Assembly: GCF_006345805.1 (NCBI RefSeq)
Contig: NC_043002.1
Coordinates: forward strand, 96,162,001 to 96,226,000
Source of the DNA: Octopus sinensis
Taxonomy: Eukaryota
Direction of reading: 5' to 3'
Length of the DNA: 64,000 nt
The number at the start of each line of letters is the position of its first letter. Position 1 is the stretch's first letter. A model generated the notes under the pieces. It did no database searches and was not told the origin of the DNA. It saw only the letters and a list, made by a program, of their open reading frames with translations. Shown in pieces: positions 53,629 through 64,000 of the stretch. A program made the translations under genes and the position numbers.

Positions 53629-56105
53629 CTGGCTTTTAAATAGCGTTTATAAATAATACCGGCACCCATAGCCCTTGGTAACAAATTCTGAAATATTGAT
53701 AAAGAGAACTTACATATCCCTAATAAAAAAAGTAACAATTGCCACGTTAATAACAATAGAGATCACGCCAGAAATAATAGTAGAAGTAGATTTACGACGA
53801 CAAAATATCCTAATGAAATTAAGAATAATAAGAAGAATATTGAACTGAGCACATGTAATACGGACAAGATATCAGATATTCAAAGTAGATTCAAAACAAT
53901 TCTAGAAAAGAATTTCCCATCCTCTCATAGATATCATAAAATTGTTTCTAAAAAACCGTTAGAATTTCTTATTCAACCCTCCCAAATATGTCCACTTTAA
54001 TAGCCAAGATCAATAACAATAACATAAAACTAGCCAGGAAAAATTTAAATAATAGCAATAAGAATACAAATGATAATTGTAGTAACATTACTGAAAGTAA
54101 TAATAGCCGCAATGATAATAATGAATATCATAACATAAGTATAACCAATAGCTATAGAATTGCTAGTAATAATAATAACACAAATGGGAACAATTATGTT
54201 AATAATACGAATAATACCAAGAGTGAAAATACCGAGAATGGAGACAACAATGATATCTACAATAACACTATACATTTACAAACTAATACCAGCAACAATA
54301 TTAACAGCACCAACAATATTAATAATGATGGTAGGGTTATAGAATCAAATGATAGTGTAAGAATACCGATAAATGATAATACTACTTTAGATAATAACAT
54401 TAACTACAATAACGATATCACTATTCTAGATAACAGCAGTAACCATAATAACGAAAAATACACTCATAATGTTTTGAGTAACAGTAGTATGAGACTTCTA
54501 TCCTTGAATAATTCCACATTGAATTATGATCCCCCTAGATGTAACTGTAGAATTAAATCAAAATGCCCAGCGCCTGGTCTATGCAGGTTAAATAATGTAA
54601 TCTACAAATGCACCATAACCACAGATAATAACAACTATACTTATTTAGGATGTACTATAAATTTTTAAAAATGCCTTAGTAATCATCTATCCTCTTTCAG
54701 ATTACGTCATAAAACTGATAGCACCACTCTTTCAAGTAAAATCTGGCAACTAAAAAACAATAATATCAAGTATAACCTTAATTGGGAATTAGTTAGAAGA
54801 GCGATACCTTATAAAAATAGCAGAGTAGGTTGTCAAATTTGCTCCATGGAAACATTTGAAATACTAATGAATAGAAAAAATGCTATTTTATTGAATAACC
54901 GGATAGAACTGGGTCTGTCTTGTATACACGCTAGGATTAAAACTCTTAAATATTTTAAAGGATAACAGTATATATAAAAAATCACTTTGAATAAAGCATT
55001 ACTCTTACATATTATATAATATATATTTAATTAGACAGCTACGATCTAATTAGCTATAGTTATATTCTCTCTCTAGCTGTACTAGATGATACTTATAGAT
55101 ATAAATTAGTTGATTTAAAAATTCATTCTATTAGACTATGTAGATAATTTAAATTATTTCTTTCTAATTTTTAGCCTATTTTAAGTAAACCTACTTATAA
55201 AAAATTAGTTAATTAAACTTCTTAGTTCTTTTATATACTACTAAGAAATTTTGCTAATCCCAAACCTATAATATAACGGTTTCATTATGAAAAATAACTC
55301 TATTTCCTTTCTTCTGACCTTTTACTGTATTCCCATAACCTGGCAATGTATTAATAGTAACATTAATAAATAAAGAAATAAATTAACTGATCTCCATTCC
55401 AATATTGCACTAAATATGCTAAGATGTTTTCCTATAGAAACAACCTTTGACCCCCCTTTTCACCTTCCCATTTCCTCTTTATATAGCAATCAACAACAGT
55501 AGGTGGTCAAATTTAACATTCCTCCTTTAAGCTCTGTGGTTCTTGCAGATTTCTATACCAGTCATTTCGTCTCCACTATAAGACTGTCGCTATGCTTCAC
55601 TGAACCTCCTACAACCTCCTCGGATTCTAACATAGCAGTTTTCAGAAATTTCGCACAAATGTATCCAAAATATCTTCACACAGCTTGAATCACACTTTAC
55701 TATGAACTATATATGGATAAATACATATTCTGTGAGTACGATACCTCTCATCATATCTCCAGGAATCAAACTTTCTTCAATATGGATAAACTCACATCTC
55801 CACTGTCATCTTCACTTTCTAGAAAACTAAGAGGTTTTGAAAAAAATTTTTAACCTTATATATGACTGTGCAATACTAAAAGAACTTTTAGAAATCAATT
55901 TGTTATCTAAATCTCATTTTTATAGAACTTTCCATGATGTCTCACGAGTGTAACATCACCCCCTTTGATGTTTGGGGATCTCAGATGTTCTTTCAGCTGA
56001 TGAGTACGGGTCACCTATATTTACTGCAATTTTTGTAGCCTTATTAAAGATGTCTTCGTACGAAACAATTGTACCGAAAAATTGATCCATTCTTGTTGCT
56101 TTTTT

Positions 56106-56107
<2 letters not shown>
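53629..56107 (+). mobile_element. Penelope-like element B (CxCx5Cx5C plus GIY-YIG, no RT visible) with Asn-rich linker and 3' hammerhead
   Basis: LEKNFPSSHRYHKI../TVRISYSTLPNM, CNCRIKSKCPAPGLC..VIYKCTITT..YTYLGCT, then after a frameshift RLSNHLSSF...TTLSSKIW..K...WELV...GCQICSME. Confidence 0.82.
55991..56079 (+). ncRNA. Minimal type-I hammerhead ribozyme (plus strand, sense to ADAT3 pre-mRNA)
   Basis: TTTCAG-CTGATGA-GTACG...CGTAC-GAAA-CAATTG-TA|CCGAAA. Predicted cleavage after 56073. Helix I pairs 5 of 6 positions (one A-C mismatch). Confidence 0.78.
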
Positions 56108-56139
<32 letters not shown>

Positions 56140-56142
<3 letters not shown>

Positions 56143-56770
56143 AACCTTTACATAAATAAATAACGTGAAATACATGAAGGGACAAACAAAAAGATAAACG
56201 GGTCATTCAAAGCCTTTGTTCTTCAGTCAGAAACTGATCCCTCATCGCAGATTTCGGCTGTTTAATTCTGAGATCTGCTCTGAATCAGCCAGCCACAGAA
56301 GGAAAGAATGCAACGCAACAGAGACGAACAAGAAACGAAAAATCTTTTTTGAAGACAGTAACGGTTAAAAACATGGATGACACAGGCGCCCTACGGCTTT
56401 GAGACAAAAAGAGAGACACAAAAACAATATCAGCAAGCGTGGAAAAATAATTACCTTTTCGGTGATAAGACACATGTTGAACAAGCGGCCGATGGAAACA
56501 GAATGGCTGAGGCAGCAAGTCGCAAGAGGGTAAGAGAGAGAAGGGGGTAAGAGAGAGAGGGGACCAAGGAGGGTGGAAGGCGAGGACAGAAGCAGTGACC
56601 GAGAGAGAGGGAGAGAAGGAATCAGAGAAGAAGCAGTAACCAAGAGAGAGAGGGAAAGAAGGAATCAGAGAGGCTGGGAGAAAAAGGCACCAAAACAATT
56701 TGGCAACGAAGCAATGGTGAAGGAAAGAAAATAGTTTAAAGACATCGTGCAGGGGTTTTGATATGATAAA
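56140..56770 (-). mobile_element. Possible Penelope-like 3' UTR fragment D
   Basis: Same purine-rich layout as the 3' UTR of element A, a decayed HHR-like motif near 56205-56243, tail in (TA)n. Compositional evidence only. Confidence 0.4.
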
Positions 56771-56802
56771 CATAAAGAAGTTATTATATATATATTATGT
56801 AT

Positions 56803-57504
56803 GGTTGTGGGACAATTCATCTCCAGTTATTTCATCGTTGGTTAATTTGTCCCTGGTCAATTCATTGTTGATCAATTCATCCCTGGGTTTTCGAGGGAAA
56901 GTTTAGAACAATCACTTTAGAATTAAAATTGTCGTTGGACAGTTTTAGATATATTTTCCTTTCTTTACCCCCCTCCCCCTCCTCCCTCTCTCTCTTTTTC
57001 CTGCATTGAACAGTTTACAAGCAAATCGAATTAAATTTATTCAATACACCTACCCATCAAGATGGCTACATGCAAGATAATAACTTTAGAGAAAGGAAAA
57101 ATCAAAGTGGTTGATCAAGAAAATTATATATGCACAAAAAATAAGCAGGATGCAGATGGATTAAAGATATGCTAGAGTTGTGAAAATCGTGTGTGCAAGG
57201 CGACACTTCAAACAGATGAAGACTATGAAGAGCTTCAGAAGATTGGGATCCATAATCACGCTTCAGCTGCTGCAGAGGATAATAGTTTTAGATATTCAAG
57301 TAAAGTCTATTTCATCTCGTGATGCCCCTTGCTCAATTATCACTAGTGAAGTTCAGAATTTAAACGACTGTACATTATCACAAATACCTGCTTGCACAGC
57401 TTAATAGGAATATTAGATGTTGGAGGCAAGCTGATTCCAATTTTCCTACCACCCCACTTACAAATGTTGGGTTTTCCATCCCAAATGAATATTCCTACCT
57501 TGAC

Positions 57505-57556
<52 letters not shown>

Positions 57557-58790
57557 CAAGACCCAGCAGGACAAGTGAGACCATCACCCATGGCCTCAGT
57601 CCACTTATGCATACCTTTCCTTCTTGGGACACAAAACCCTACTTGTGAAGACCTGTTGAGGCAAGTGAAAAAATCAAAAAATCAAAAATCAAAATTGATT
57701 AACATGAATGGAAATTGTCGCTGTGATATCAGTGCTGGTGGCACATAAGAGAACCATCCGAACGTGGCCGTTGCCAGTGCTGCCCTGACTGGCTTCCGTG
57801 CCAGTGGCACGTAAAAAGCACCATCCGACTGTGGCCGTTGCCAGCCTCGCCTGGCCTCCATGCCGGTGGCACGTAAAAAGCACCATCTGACCGTGGCCGT
57901 TTGCCAGACTTGTCTGGCACCTGTGCAGGTGGCACGTAAAAAGCACCCACTACACTCACGGAGTGGTTGGCGTTAGGAAGGGCATCCAGCCATAGAAACA
58001 TTGCCAGATCAGACTGGGCCTGGTGCAGCCTTCTGGCTTCCCAGACCCCAGTTGCACCGTCCAACCCATGCCAGCATGGAAAGCGGACGCTAAACGATGA
58101 TGATGATGATGATGATATATATATATAAACACTGCCAGATCAGACTGGAGCCTGGTGCAGCCTTCTGGCTTCCCAGATCCCTGGTAGAACCGTCCAGCCC
58201 ATGCTAGCATGGAGAACGGACGTTAAACGATGATGACAGTGACAAAACAATTTTACAGTATGGAAGTACAGGATGGAAGATTCAAAACGAATACTAATAT
58301 TTGCAAGTGACAAAGCACTTCAACACTTAAAACAGCACAAGAACTTGGCAGCAGATGGAACATTTAAGTGCTGTTCTTTAATTATTTTTTCAGTTATATA
58401 TGCTTCACATTCAAATTGATAATTTTGATGCCCCAAGATTGTTCGCATTGCTCTCTGACAAAAGTCAAGACACATGTAGTAGACTTTTTGCCAAAATAAA
58501 TGAATTACTGCAGTCCATAATGGATTTCTAGAATCATTTCCTGGGTCGAATTTGGCATGCTGCTTGTTTCATTTAGGACAAAATGTGTACAAGCATGTTG
58601 TTTAAGAAGAACTATAATGCAGATGTCATGAAGTTGATAGTTTTGGTCTAAAAATGCAGTGTTTTTTGCCTTTGCCTTCCTATCGGTTGATGATGTTGAA
58701 GATGCATATGAACAACTTGTAGATGATGATGATGATATTCCACAGTCATTTGTATCCTATTTTGAAAATAATTATGACCACCTAGAGCAG
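56803..58790 (+). mobile_element. Mutator (MULE) transposon relic interrupted by SINEs
   Basis: FLYWCH-like SCENRVCKATLQT...IHNH at about 57170-57265. MULE DDE start RILIFASDKALQHL...AADGTFK at about 58290-58370. Repeated ggacaattcatc motifs at the left end. Confidence 0.75.
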
Positions 58791-58812
58791 TGTTTCCTAA
58801 CCTGCATTCCAC

Positions 58813-58850
<38 letters not shown>

Positions 58851-58858
<8 letters not shown>

Positions 58859-61227
58859 AAAGGGCTTAGTAAAATAAATTACTTTGCCGCATACTGAACT
58901 CATTAGAATAGCAGCTAAAAACTTTTTTAAGGCTATTTCTAATACTTAAAGAAAATCTCTCTCATATATAGTGTTTGCATAATTTAACTCACAAAAGTTG
59001 GGGGTAATGACATCGAAAAATCAAATGCTAAGGTTATTCGAGAACGTACGTTTCAAGATTAGTCAAAACAACATTTCTATCATCGGCTCGGAAATTCCTT
59101 GGTTGGATTTGGAAACACTGAAAATAAGAACATACCCTTTCGAAGATTTGCTCCCAACTAACAGTGCCAACAAATTCAAAATAAGCAAGCGAAGAATCTC
59201 TGCTCTCCCTTTCCACCAGCGTGGGTTAAAATCATCAAACTCTATGCTTATTTCGGTAAAGTCCGAAGCATTAATCAGAGGGAGATTAATTATAATTTCA
59301 ACAATTGAGGGCAAAATTAATTAATTATTAATCAATTCACCAAGTATTCAGTATGCAAAGGGACCATTCAAGGCGAATTCAAATTATTACATTATATAAA
59401 AGGGCTTAGTAAAATAAATTACTTTGCCGCATACTGAACTCATTAGAAATAGCAGCTAAAAAACTTTTTTAAGGCTATTTCTAATACTTAAAGAAAATCT
59501 CTCTCATATATAGTGTTTGCATAATTTAACTCACAAAAGTTGGGGGTAATGACATCGAAAAATCAAATGCTAAGGTTATTCGAGAACGTACGTTTCAAGA
59601 TTAGTCAAAACAACATTTCATCATCGGCTCGGAAATTCCTTGGTTTGGATTTGGAAACACTGAAAATAAGAACATACCCTTTCGAAGATTTGCTCCCAAC
59701 TAACAGTGCCAACAAATTCAAAATTATTTTGAATTTGTTGGCACTGTTAGTGGGAGCAAATCTTCGAAAGGGTATGTTCTTATTTTCAGTGTTTCCAAAT
59801 CCAAACCAAGGAATTTCCGAGCCGATGATAGAAATGTTGTTTTGACTAATCTTGAAACGTACGTTCTCGAATAACCTTAGCCTTTGATTTTTCGATGTCA
59901 TTACCCCCAACTTTTGTGAGTTAAATTATGCAAAACCTATATATGAGAGAGATTTTCTTTAAGTATTAGAATAGCCTTGAAAAAGTTTTTTAGCTGCTAT
60001 TTCTAATGAGTTCAGTATGCGGCAAAGTAATTTTTTACTAAGCCTTTTATATAATGTAATAATTTGAATTCGCCTTGAATGGTCCCTTTGCATACTGAAT
60101 ACTTGGTGAAATTGATAATAATTAATTAATTTTGCCCTCAATTGTTGAAATTATAATTAATCTCCCTCTGATTAATGCTTCGGACTTTACCGAAATAAGC
60201 AAGAGTTTGATGATTTTAACCCAGCTGGTGGAGAAGGGGAGAGCAGAGATTCTTCGCTTGCTTATTTTGAATTTGTGGCACTGTTAGTGGGAGCAAATCT
60301 TCGAAAGGGTATGTTCTTATTTTCAGTGTTTCCAAATCAAACCAAGGATTTCCGAGCCGATGATAGAAATGTTTGTGTTGACTAATCTGAAACGTACGTT
60401 CTCGAATAACCTTAGCATTTGATTTTTCGATGTCATTACCCCCAAACTTTTGTGAGTTAAATTATGCAAACACTATATAGAGAGAGATTTTCTTTAAGTA
60501 TTAGAAATAGCCTTAAAAAAGTTTTTTAGCTGCTATTTCTAATGAGTTCAGTATGCGGCAAAGTAATTTATTTTACTAAGCCCTTTATATAATGTAATAA
60601 TTTGAATTCGCCTTGAATGGTCCCTTTGCATACTGAATACTTGGTGAAATTGATTAATAATTAATTAATTTTGCCCTCAATTGTTGAAATTATAATTAAT
60701 CTCCCTCTGATTAATGCTTCGGACTTTACCGAAATAAGCATAGAGTTTGATGATTTTAACCCACGCTGGTGGAAAGGGGAGAGCAGAGATTCTTCGCTTG
60801 CTTATTTTGAATTTGTGGCACTGTTAGTTGGGAGCAAATCTTCGAAAGGGTATGTTCTTATTTTCAGTGTTTCCAAATCCAAACCAAGGAATTTCCGAGC
60901 CGATGATAGAAATGTTGTTTTGACTAATCTTGAAACGTACGTTCTCGCCTAACATTAGATTGATTTTTCGATGTCATTACCCCCAAATTTTGTGAGTTAA
61001 ATTATGCAAACACTATATATGAGAGAGATTTTCTTTAAGTATTAGAAATAGCCTTAAAAAAGTTTTTTAGCTGCTATTTCTAATGAGTTCAGTATGCGGC
61101 AAAGTATTTATTTTACTAAGCCCTTTTATATAATGTAATAATTTGAATTCGCCTTGAATGGTCCCTTTGCATACTGAATACTTGGTGAAATTGATTAATA
61201 ATTAATTAATTTTGCCCTCAATTGTTG

Positions 61228-61231
<4 letters not shown>
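58851..61231. repeat. ~540-bp unit array with an inversion centre at 59725
   Basis: Forward units 58851-59390 and 59391-59724. Inverted units 59726-60055, 60056-60593, 60594-61134 and partial to about 61231. (TA)n on both flanks. Confidence 0.93.
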
Positions 61232-61268
<37 letters not shown>

Positions 61269-62479
61269 TATACATACATATATATATATATATATATGCA
61301 TATACATACATATATATATATATATATTTCTTTACTACCCACAAGGGGCTAAACATAGAGGGGACAAACAAGGACAGACAAATGGATTAAGTCGATTACA
61401 TCGACCCCCGTGCGTAACTGGTACTTACTTTATCAACCCCGAAAAGATGAAAGGCAAAGTCGACCTCGGCGATATATATACACACACACACACACACACA
61501 TATATGGGTACAGGACGTCACCAACAGTAAACAACAGTGCCAGCCCTCAGTCAAACTGTCCAACCCATGTCAGCATAGAAAGCAGACGTTAAAAGATAAT
61601 GATGACGATCGTGATAGATATACGCACACATGCACACACACACACACACACACCACCACACACATATGTATATGTAAAATTGATTAAACTTTAAAGCTCA
61701 GTAACATTTTTCTGCAACTTTTCTGGAACAAATAAATAGCAACTTGGATTTAACATGCAATATATTCCAAATTTGGAAATTTTGACCTAATTTTAAAATC
61801 TCACAATATGTGACAGCAACAGGGAAGTAGAGAGACAGACAGTCATAGGATTTGACACACAGGTAATCATGAGTTTAGTATGTATGTATATACATATGTA
61901 AGTATATACATAAGTATGTGTATGAGTGTTTCTTTGCAATGGACAGCAGAAAAGCCACCTACCTCTTCTCTCCTTAAAACTACGTATTCCTTACACACCC
62001 CTTTCTCTGTGTGTGTGTGTGTGTGTGTGTGTTGTATCTATGTATTTATGAAAGTATGTATGCAGTGTTGCGTATATATGGCAGCTGTAGTAACGTAACC
62101 ATCTCATTGCCACTGCTGTTCTAGCCTTCACTGAGATAAGTCACCCTCTCTCTGTTACTACCTTTCCCTCAGATTGATACTTTTTGCAACCTTTTCATTT
62201 TATCATATAATTCACCCAGTGCCTGATGAGAGTACATTATAAGTTTTTATTGAAATCCAGTTGGCTTATTATTGGACTGGATGTTAATGTAACTCATTTG
62301 CAAAGTTTTGTGAATATTGATTCAGTGGTTTAGGCACTAAGATGGTAACAGACAGAAATTGCCATTTATATATGTAGATGTATATGTGTGTGTGTGTGTA
62401 TATGGTTTTCAAAATGTTTTCATTGTTCTCAACATAATCAAGGAAATCTTGTGCAACTGAAGCTCAAGTGTTTTTTTGG

Positions 62480-62830
62480 TCAGCTGAAAGCAGTTATAGC
62501 ACAAACTTGGCAGTCACACATCTCATACCCAAATCTTCTGTGATAATGGGCTGAACTGAATCGTAACTAATCTGCACATCCTCTGATAACAAATGGTGAT
62601 GCAGCAATTTCCCCTCACAGCTGCATGCACATCTGCGATGTTTTTCTCAGTTCTGCTGGTTGTAGGTCTCCCAAAAGTTCATCAATATCAACATTTTTTA
62701 GCCATCTTGGAAACATCTGAACCACTCAAACACTTGTGTGCAGTTCATACACTCCTCTCTATACACTTTCTGCAACTTTGCATAGGCATCTGAGAAGGTA
62801 TTGCCATGACAAATTTCTCTGTCATGGTCA
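62480..62830 (-). mobile_element. Mariner transposase N-terminal (HTH) relic
   Basis: Degenerate minus-strand translation ...TQVFEWFRCFQDG...VQPIITEDLGMRCVTAKFV. Confidence 0.6.
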
Positions 62831-63237
62831 ATACAACAAGCAAAGGAATGTTTGCTATTTTATGGGACAGTGTGGGAGGTTGGTTGCAGTTGGGGGAAGA
62901 AGGAACAATGTGGAATTAATAGTATTTTTGTTTCTAGTCTAGTCTGTCATGGTTCAGTGACTTTTAGTGTGTGCACGTTTGTGTGTGTGTGATTAATAGT
63001 TGTTAGGGTGTTGTGTGTGCACATCTGTGTGTATGTTTGTTTGCATGTGTGTCTGTGGGTACGTGTGTATGTTTGTGTGTTTTGTGTTGGTGGGGATGTT
63101 ATGTGTGTGTACATGAGTGTATGTGTGCATGAGTGTGTGTGTGAATGTGTGTGTGTGTGTGTGTGTGTGTCTCAGTGTATGTTAGTGTTGTTATAATTGT
63201 CCTGGTGGTGTGTATATGTGTGAATGGTATTCATATA

Positions 63238-63271
<34 letters not shown>

Positions 63272-63619
63272 CGATGGGCTTCTTTCAGTTTCTGTCTACC
63301 AAATCCACTCAAGGCTTTGGTTGGCCTGAGGTTATAGTTGGACGATTTGACTGGGCCAGCACACCGGAAGGCTGCGTCAGACTCCAGTCTGATTTGGCAT
63401 GGTTTTCTAAGGCTGGTTGTCCTTCCTAAGGCCAACCACTCCGAGATTGTAATGGGTGCTTTTACGTGCCACCAGCACAGGTGCCAATAGTGTGATACCA
63501 ATATCTGCTATGACTGCAATTTTGCTCGGCTTAATGGGTCCTCTTCTCAAGCACGACATAATGCCAAAGGTCTCAGTCATTGCCTTCATGAGGCCCAAAA
63601 GTATTTATATATGTGTGTG

Positions 63620-63650
<31 letters not shown>

Positions 63651-64000
63651 TGTGGCTGTGTGGTAAGTAGCTTTCTTACCAACCACATGGTTCTGGGTTC
63701 AGTCCCACTGCATGGCACCTTGGGCAAGTGTCTTCTATAGCCTCAGGCCAACCAAAGCCTTGTGAGTGGATTTGGTGGCCAGAAACTGAAAGAAGCCCAT
63801 CATATATATATATGTGTGTTTGTATGTCTGTGCTTGTCCCACCAACATTGCTTCACAACCGATACTGGTATGTTTACATCCCTGTAACTTAGCGGTTTGG
63901 CAAAAAAGACCGATAGAATAAAGAATAAGCCCTGGGGTTGATTTGCTCGACTAAAGGCAGTGCTCCAATATGGCCGCATATGAGGATAATTGCATAAAAA

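Noticed and set aside
53988-54668. Standalone Asn-rich (prion-like) host gene
   Set aside because: It is continuous with Penelope-type motifs on both sides and frameshifted, so it is part of element B.
56205-56243. Hammerhead in fragment D
   Set aside because: The GAAA core is broken (GAAT) and helix II/III cannot be formed convincingly.
57730-57945. CRISPR-like repeat/spacer array (ggcacgtaaaaagcacc repeats)
   Set aside because: The inter-repeat segments resemble each other, the array lies inside a dispersed SINE, and there are no cas genes. It is an internal VNTR in a eukaryotic repeat.
58998-60952. Repeated 83-108 aa ORFs as a gene family
   Set aside because: They arise from the 540-bp unit, their frames change between copies through indels, and no domain is recognisable.

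Overview
AT-rich eukaryotic genomic DNA. The SINE/LINE repertoire and microsatellite load point to an octopus or related coleoid cephalopod (inference from recognisable repeat families). Two spliced + strand genes can be reconstructed by hand. SNAP29 is complete, with 3 coding exons at 4818-15733 encoding 265 aa. ADAT3 has 7 coding exons at 26181-52760 and carries the HAV pseudo-active site; its last exon(s) lie beyond the window. The rest is mostly transposon-derived: Penelope-like elements, RTE, CR1, Tx1/L1 and R4/Dong LINE pieces, several SINE families, Merlin-like and hAT MITEs, a Helitron, MULE and Tc1/mariner relics, and a ~540-bp array with a fold-back centre. The most notable unannotated signals are (i) two minimal type-I hammerhead ribozymes bracketing a composite Penelope-like locus in the last visible ADAT3 intron, one in the pre-mRNA sense orientation; (ii) perfect fold-back hairpins at Penelope junctions; (iii) RTE LINE 3' ends encoding three tandem C2H2 zinc fingers; (iv) three different Merlin-like MITEs next to the 5' ends of both genes; (v) the palindromic 540-bp array, which may be partly an assembly artefact. 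No CRISPR array, rRNA or true tRNA gene was found.
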